Assembly: GCA_951406725.2 (NCBI GenBank)
Contig: OX597817.1
Location: forward strand, 42,718,001 to 42,782,000
From: Octopus vulgaris
Lineage: Eukaryota
Length of the DNA stretch: 64,000 bases
Direction: 5' to 3'
Part shown: positions 56,677 through 64,000 of the stretch, piece after piece
Numbering within the stretch: the stretch's first letter is position 1
How the letters are laid out: each line of letters opens with the position of its first letter
Translations under genes and position numbers: made by a program
Notes under the pieces: model-generated
What the model saw: only the letters and a program-made list of their open reading frames with translations
Databases searched by the model: none
What the model was told of the DNA's origin: nothing

Positions 56677-58499
56677 TTTAGAAAATTTGCCATCTTTTTC
56701 TAATATCTCTAACTTGGGATTGCATGAGGGACTATTCAAATTTGGATGTTTGTATGTACTTTTTTTTAACAGAGATTTTCTATATATATAGCTGGATACT
56801 TTCCTAACAGCAAGTCACTGAATAGTGAAGAGAAAGCAGTATTTAATTTCTCTAATGTTTATTTAGTTGTGTAATTTAACTTTTTTTGAAAGGCTTATGT
56901 GATATAAATTAATTAATGCAGTTGAATCTAGTCTCAGTTCCCAGTTATTTCATTCGCAATAAAAGTCACAAGATGATATCTTAATCTTAAAAGCTAACAA
57001 GGGAGCCCATCTTGGTCACTCAACCTAAATCACTGCTATAAATAAATGTCAAATTCCCTTCAAATGACACCTTATAGTCATAAAAAAAGTGGAAGAACAC
57101 AGTGGATAATTTTGTACCAGATATACTGTTAGAAAAAATTATTGGCTGGTCACAGTTATAGAAAGCTTTTGATCATGAGTCTCTTTGGTCAAAGTTGACC
57201 TGTGGTTAAACAACAACTTTGCACCTAAAAGTCAGAGGCTTCATAGCTAACCAAGAATGCAACTAGAAAACCATCCCTTATACTCTCTCTAGTACACTGT
57301 GATTATGGTATTGAAAACAAACTATACCAGTAAAGAAGGATGAAAATGCTGCCATTGAGAGCATTTTCAAAGCAACAATTTTTGGTACAATTCAACATTC
57401 TCTGCTGAAAGAGTAATAAAAAAAAAATTTTGAAATATTTCTATGCATATAGCTATAAGGAGCAATGTATCTGTTGCATTGTTAGATCACAGGTATACTA
57501 GCTGTATTGACAAAACATAAGTTTTAAAATAATAACGAGTTTACTGTGATCAGACACACTACTATTCATCAGAGAAGGGGAAAAGAAAACTGCAATTAGT
57601 CAAATAAAGACAGCAACAAAAGCCAAAACTACATGAATAGTACACAGAATAAAGTACAAGATAGAAAAACAAACAATAAAAAATCCATCAAGAAAAAAGG
57701 GTACATGGGTATGCGAAGAGTATTCTGGGTGGAATTTAGAAAGCATGGAAGTTTTTAAGGATACAGGGTCCTGACAGCTAAAATACTCTGATAAAAGTAT
57801 TTTATCACATGCTTTGACAATTCTGAGCATGAAAAAAATGTTTCTGAAAGTCATTAGTGTTGTACTTTTTTTTTTTTTGATTTTACAAGGCTCACCATTA
57901 AATTAAAAAAGGTGACCAAAGATGTTGGATAACTTTTTGGACTTCTACCAAGTCATTTGCTAATGTTGAAGCTTTATGGTGTATTGATGCCCACATTCAG
58001 TATCTTGTCATTCTTTTCTGGTTTGCTGGACTGCTACACTCTCCCAAATTGCACTTTTGGAGTTTCTAATGTATTTATATAGTATTGATGCTTCACGTGC
58101 AGCCCAGTTTGAATGGAGGATAAGCTGAAGTATTGACATCTATGAAATTGTAAAATTCAAACCAGTTTGGGTGCTGTAATTCAGTACAATAAGATTTCCA
58201 GAAAAAGTGAGTTGTGGTGAAGTTTCTTTCTATCCATAACAGACATGTTGGAGATGATCAAAGCACAATTGGAGTAGCCTAAAGGTCTCTTGGTAGTGAT
58301 GCTGATAGCAGTTTCAGGAGCAGAAAAAATTAGCAGATCGAAAGTGTTGTCACTACCATATTGAGAGAGGTAGTATTTGGGACTAGTTTGAACCCAGTTC
58401 TTAATCAAAAGAGTAATTTCCACTTAGCAGACAGTGAAAGGTTTTTCTATTATCTCTAGGTTATTGAAATCACCAATAATGAAAACAAAGATGGTTATT

Positions 58500-59535
58500 T
58501 TCCTGTGTTTGTCAAGAGATTGTCACAGTTCTAGGACAGCAATCTTCACCCTATGAGACAACATCTGGTGTACCACAGGGATCTGTTCTTGGCCCCCTTT
58601 TATCTGTTGCATATATTAATGACATAAATGCCAACTTAAAGAATGCATAGTGCTGAAATATGCAGATGACATCAAGCTGTACCTCAAAATAAAGAGGACA
58701 GATCCTGTACACTATAGATCTTTATTGCAATCAGACCTGGACACAATGCAACAATGGATCATGGACTGGTAACTCAAGCTGGCTGTGGACAAATGTACCA
58801 CCATGCATTTTGGGTGGAAAAACCCAGTGTCTGCTTACTCCACAAGACTAATCTCAAAAAGTCTTCTTGTGAATGTGACCTGGGCATTATTGTCGACAGC
58901 GATTTGTGTTGGACAAAACACATTGCTAAAATTGCCAAGAAGGCAGAGGGTGTCTTGGCATCACTTACCAAGTCTTTTGTGAGCCGCTCTCCAGGATATT
59001 AATCGTCTGGAAACTGTTCAGTGACGTGCAACCAAGATAATACCCTCCATCAAGCATTTGCCATATTCTGAATGCCTTACTTCCCTGGGCATGGATACAT
59101 TGAAACTCTGACGTCTGGCAGCTGACTTGGCAGACACCTATAAAATTATTAACCATCTTACAAACAATAACTCTGAGCACCTTTTCAAACTCCACCTGTC
59201 TAACACCCGTGGACATGTTTACAAAGTCAGAAAACAGCACAGCTCTCATGACTTTTGGAAACATTTTGTCATGCTAAGATTGGCTGAAGTATGGAACAAA
59301 CTGGCGGCATCAGTTGTTAGTTGTCCGAGCACTGCATCCTTCAAAAGTTCCATGCTTCCTGAGATTCGCCAACACTACACCTGATTTTCTCCCCTTCATA
59401 CACACGCAAGCATGTATCTGACGCATACACTGTTCGCTTTCCAGACATTTGTACATTACTGCATATGCTTTATATGCACTTTTGACAAGTTGTAATGTAC
59501 CTGAGCACTGTATACAATAATTTCATTATATTAGT
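58500..59535 (+). mobile_element. CR1/L2-group LINE, 5'-truncated RT pseudogene
   Basis: SGVPQGSVLGPLL..AYINDI, KYADDIKLY, LQSDL, DKCTTMHFG, DLGIIVD and NTRGH in broken frames. Confidence 0.9.
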
Positions 59536-59945
59536 TTGGGAATTACAATTCCAAGAAGAATTGTTGATGTGCTTTATAAGAAAATCACAGAAAAATATGT
59601 TTTGTTGCAACTGGCTCAATTATCACAAAGAATTACTAAAAAGTTTGAGGTGAATATATACCATGACACCACCCCTTGTGCGATTAAAATGGTCTTTGTG
59701 GAACAAGTTGTAGTCAGGTGAGTTTTGAACATTAGGAATGAGAATAAATTAAAATCAAAAAGTGGAATTATAAGCAATTTGGTCAAAAGGTTTGCTTCAC
59801 AACTATTTGGTCCTGGGTTTAATCACATTTGTATGATTCTTTAACAGACATCAAGGTAACCAAGGCTTTGAAAGTGGAATTTGGTAGATGGAAATTATGA
59901 GGAAGCCTATCATGGGTGTGTAGGTGTTTCTGTGTTTTCATTATA

Positions 59946-60336
59946 CTAGCAGTATTGCCCAGCATTGCTTGGGTTTGTTTTGACCCTTTCGAATTGGAAA
60001 TTTTGGAAAGTAAAAATTTTGCATTATGTAGCTTGTTATTCTCTTTAAGTGAACATTTTTCTGGTTGAAATACACCGAAAAATGGCGACACAGCAATAAA
60101 AAAATTGTAAAAAATAGGGATTTTCATAGAAAAAAAAGCACCTTTTTGATGTAAATAATTTTTGGTGCTAACATGGTCCGATTTGAATTTTATCTTCTAC
60201 GGAATGAAGAGCAAGCCTTCTTCTATCATACTCTCAATTTTGGTCAACTTGCGCCGCAGGGTCTCGGAGGAGACAGTGTTAGTTGAAGGCTACCAAACCT
60301 GCCACACATAGACAACTTCAGCTTTATATATATAGA
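59946..60336 (-). mobile_element. Non-autonomous Helitron, family 2
   Basis: Minus strand A|TCTATATATATAAAGC...CCCAAGCAATGCTGGG CAATACTG CTAG|T. Confidence 0.75.
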
Positions 60337-61570
60337 TATTGCACAACACCCCTTTTCAAGAATAGATAACTCTGTGATTTGACAAATTTACTTTGATAAA
60401 ATAAGTACTGGGGTTAATTGAAAATCTAAAATCCTTGAATGCAGTGTCCCAGCATGGCCACAGTTCAGTGTCTGAAGCTGTTGAAAGAAAGAATTACAAA
60501 AGTGGTATGAAAAGCAAGTGAAAATACAATTTTTTTCTTTAGCAATTATCCCTTAAAATCAGGTGGTTTCCCCACCACCACAACCACCCTCTATTTTCAT
60601 TAATCAGCTTTGAGATCATGTGATGGTCCTGACATGATATATTTCTACACACATTTACATACATTCCCTTCCTCCTCGCATAATTTAATATATAAGCACT
60701 GCTGTTTATTGCTGGTTACTATGTAAACAAAACTGTCATCTGACTGCAGCCATAAACATAATTCACACCACAGCATGCAATTGATTGTACTAAAACTGGC
60801 GTTAACACTTTAATTGGATAATTTAGAAAAATGACACAGTTGTTTTTATTTAGCCAGAGGTTAGCTTTAACCAAGCAGATCTATATTCAAAAGTAGTCCA
60901 CCTGTGACCACCTCAACTATTCAAGCATGATGCCTGCAGGAGTACATTATTTATTGTGTCCTTCTAATCTAAGATGGTATTATGTAATTTGAAGAGAGAT
61001 TTGGCTACTATCCCTAGCATGGTGTGGTTTGACTGTTGCTTGTGGAGTTGATCAAAGGCTCCCTCATTGGCATAGATAATGTAGAGATAGTAACTTCCTG
61101 TTGAGCTCAATGCAAACCACTCCTCTTTAATTTCTAGTTACAACTTGGTTAGAATTCATCATTTAGATATCATTACTAATTATAATTAATTAAAATTTGG
61201 TTTATTAAACCAAGTATTACTACACCAACTATTTTATGATTTATTAAGTTTTCTCGCAGCAGGTGCCCTTGGGTAATTATCTCCTATCATTTCTCAAAGT
61301 CTTTTCTACCATAGGCACAAGGTTTCTACAGCTCAATATCCTCCCTAATGCCAACCACTTTACAGAGTGGACTGGGTGCTTTTTACATGGCACCAGCACC
61401 AGTAATTTTTATGTAGCATCTGCACCTGTGCTTTTTACATGGCACCTTGGTCTTACATATTTGTTGCATTTTAATACAGCATGTCCATAACAGATGATAT
61501 TATAGGATGAACACTGCAGCAAAAGGCCTATCAACGATGTATATACATAAAGTATGATACACAAATGAAT

Positions 61571-62990
61571 ATTCTAATTTAATACTGCCTCAATTGCATA
61601 TAACAGATTTTTAATTAATTCTAATCAACAAAAATGTCAAAACTGTATCACTTGTCTTTTTATCTTTTTTAGAATTAGTAATTTAAATTATTGTTCTCAT
61701 CACTGAAAGTGTATTCTGTTGTGTCTGGGGAGAGTCATTTTCTTTTTGTGCCTTATATAATTTAATACACTCACTGGTAAAATTTCCACTTATTTCTTAT
61801 TTTTATTTTCCTAAAATTTTCGTTACATCTTGCAACCTTTTCAATAGTCATAAAAATAAAAATAAGAAATAAGTGGAAATTTTACCAGTGAGTGTATTAA
61901 ATTTTATAAGGCACAAAAAGAAAATTACTCTCCCCAGACACAACAGAATATGCTTCAACACATGAACTCATATAAAAAATCTTGGAAACCAAATCCAAAA
62001 GGAAAACTGAAAGTGTAATTTCATTTTTATTTAAATTTCTTGTTTTTTTGTTTGTTTGTGTTTCCTTCTTTCTGTATCAAGTTAGCTAACATCCATTCAA
62101 CTTATAAGGTTTCAAGCCAATATTTATCCCTTGATAATTTTCCTTGTAATTTTTTTACCTGTTATGTTACTAGCTATGGTGTTTGGTTATCTCCCTTTAC
62201 ATTCTATTTCTAGTCCAGCCTAGGTTCACCTTCTCAGTTGACAAAGAAGTATTGACATCAATATAACTTACACCTCAGAAGATTCTAATTTAATACTGCC
62301 TCAATTGCATATAACAGATTTTTAATTAATTCTAATCAACAAAAATGTCAAAACTGTATCACTTGTCTTTTTATCTTTTTTAGAATTAGTAATTTAAATT
62401 ATTGTTCTCATCACTGAAAGTGTATTCTGTTGTGTCTGGGGAGAGTCATTTTCTTTTTGTGCCTTATATAATTTAATACACTCACTGGTAAAATTTCCAC
62501 TTATTTCTTATTTTTATTTTCCTAAAATTTTCGTTACATCTTGCAACCTTTTCAATAGTCATAAAAATAAAAATAAGAAATAAGTGGAAATTTTACTGGT
62601 GAGTGTGTTAAATTATAAGGCACAAAAAGAAAATTACTCTCCCCAGACACAACAGAATATGCTTCAACACATGAACTCATATAAAGAATCTTGGAAACCA
62701 AATCCAAAAGGAAAACTGAAAGTGTAATTTCATTTTTATTTAAATTTCTTGTTTTTTTGTTTGTTTGTGTTTTCTTCTTTCTGTATCAAGTTAGCTAACA
62801 TCCATTCAACTTATAAGGTTTCAAGCCAATATTTATCCCTTGATAATTTTCCTTGTAATTTTTTTACCTGTTATGTTACTAGCTATGGTGTTTGGTTATC
62901 TCCCTTTACATTCTATTTCTAGTCCAGCCTAGGTTCACCTTCTCAGTTGACAAAGAAGTATTGACATCAATATAACTTACACCTCAGAAG
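61571..62990 (+). repeat. Direct tandem duplication of ~710 bp
   Basis: ATTCTAATTTAATACTGCC at 61571 and 62282; both units end CACCTCAGAAG; only a few differences. Confidence 0.95.
61712..61951. mobile_element. Palindromic Penelope-like repeat with hammerhead-like motif in the spacer (61811-61847 -, duplicated at 62522-62558)
   Basis: ~100-bp arms; spacer reads on the minus strand CTA TTGAAAA G GTTGC AAGAT GTAAC GAAA ATTT TAG. Confidence 0.65.
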
Positions 62991-63242
62991 ATAGCGCATG
63001 CCAAAATCCATTGATGGAAACTAATAAAAGAATCACCAGCATTTCCTCTAAGCTTTATACTTGTTTGTGTGTGTGTGTATACACATTTTACAACAAGAAA
63101 TGGGGAAAAACGTGCACACAGGATGTTAGGATGGATTTTTTTAATTGAAGAAATTTGAACATGGATACACACATATTTTGCAAACAAAGACAAAATTTGC
63201 CCACACGACAAATTTCTGCACACATTCAATGCAAAAAATTAA

Positions 63243-63590
63243 AAGGAATATTGCTCTTGTGAATTACGCAGTGCATTCCAGAAGTTTTCAGACTTTTTAG
63301 GAGCGACAGTTATAACTCTCCTAGATTAGAAGGAATATATGCTCTTATAAATTATGCAGTGCATTCCAGAAGTTTTAGACTTTTTAAGAGCGACAGTTAT
63401 AACTCTCCTAGATTAAAAGGAATATTGCTCTTGTGAATTATGCAGTGTATTCCAGAAGTTTTCAGACTTTTTAGGAGCGACAGTTATAACTCTCCTAGAT
63501 TAGAAGGAATATATGCTCTTACAAATTATGCAGTGCATTCCAGAAGTTTTCAGACTTTTTAAGAGTGACAGTTAAAACTGTCCTAGATTA
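63243..63590 (+). repeat. 87-bp tandem repeat x4 (further partial units at ~63875-64000)
   Basis: AAGGAATA at 63243, 63330, 63417 and 63504. Confidence 0.93.
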
Positions 63591-63719
63591 TTGTAATTTT
63601 AATATATCATTTCTATACATCTAATAAGCTGACCTGCCAACTTTTTATTATTCCAGATTGAAGGAGATGACTGTAATGGCACTTTGAATACAGAGCTGAC
63701 TAGTTTGGAGAATGCAATC

Positions 63720-63878
63720 AGGACATGAAGACGATTTGAAAGCTTGTGTTAAACTGGGCAAAATACCATAGAAGCTTATGAAATGCTTCAGACTACTTAT
63801 GGGTTAACTTTTTCGCAGGCATAAGAAGTTCAAGGGCAGCAGAAAAAAGGTAGAAGATGGTGAGAGATGTGGGAGATT
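63720..63878 (+). pseudogene. Mariner transposase N-terminal remnant
   Basis: CVKLGK, EAYEMLQTTYG and KKFKGSRKKVEDGERCGR in broken frames. Confidence 0.7.
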
Positions 63879-64000
63879 AGAAGGAATATTGCTCTTGTAA
63901 ATTATGCAGTGCATTCCAGAAGTTTTCAGACTTTTTAGGAGCAACAGAAGGAATATTGCTCTAGTGAATTATGCAGTGCATTCCAGAAGTTTTCAGACTT

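Noticed and set aside
57530-57580. CTGATGA on the minus strand, possible further hammerhead
   Set aside because: GAAA and stems I and III could not be recovered
63243-63590. CRISPR-like periodic array
   Set aside because: Whole units repeat with no unique spacers, no cas genes, eukaryotic context

Overview
AT-rich, repeat-dense animal genomic DNA. The SINE/LINE/microsatellite landscape suggests a cephalopod such as Octopus, but that is an inference. Two intron-containing genes lie divergently. On the minus strand are the first three coding exons of a LACTB2-like metallo-beta-lactamase endoribonuclease (19747 to 9639; later exons not found in the window). On the plus strand is a complete 5-exon ADP-dependent glucokinase (ADPGK, 32194-49880, 485 aa). 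The rest is transposon debris: mariner, maT, pogo, CR1 and RTE fragments, non-autonomous Helitrons, piggyBac-, Tigger- and Merlin-like MITEs, several SINE families and microsatellites. The most interesting signal is about a dozen minimal type I hammerhead-ribozyme motifs from several unrelated Penelope-like repeat families. Many sit in palindromes, and some carry core variants (U3-A8, G3-C8) that preserve the 3:8 tertiary pair. The first ~7.8 kb is a large foldback plus a deletion-riddled third copy, probably a long-read assembly artefact. Most ORFs in the supplied track are microsatellite noise.
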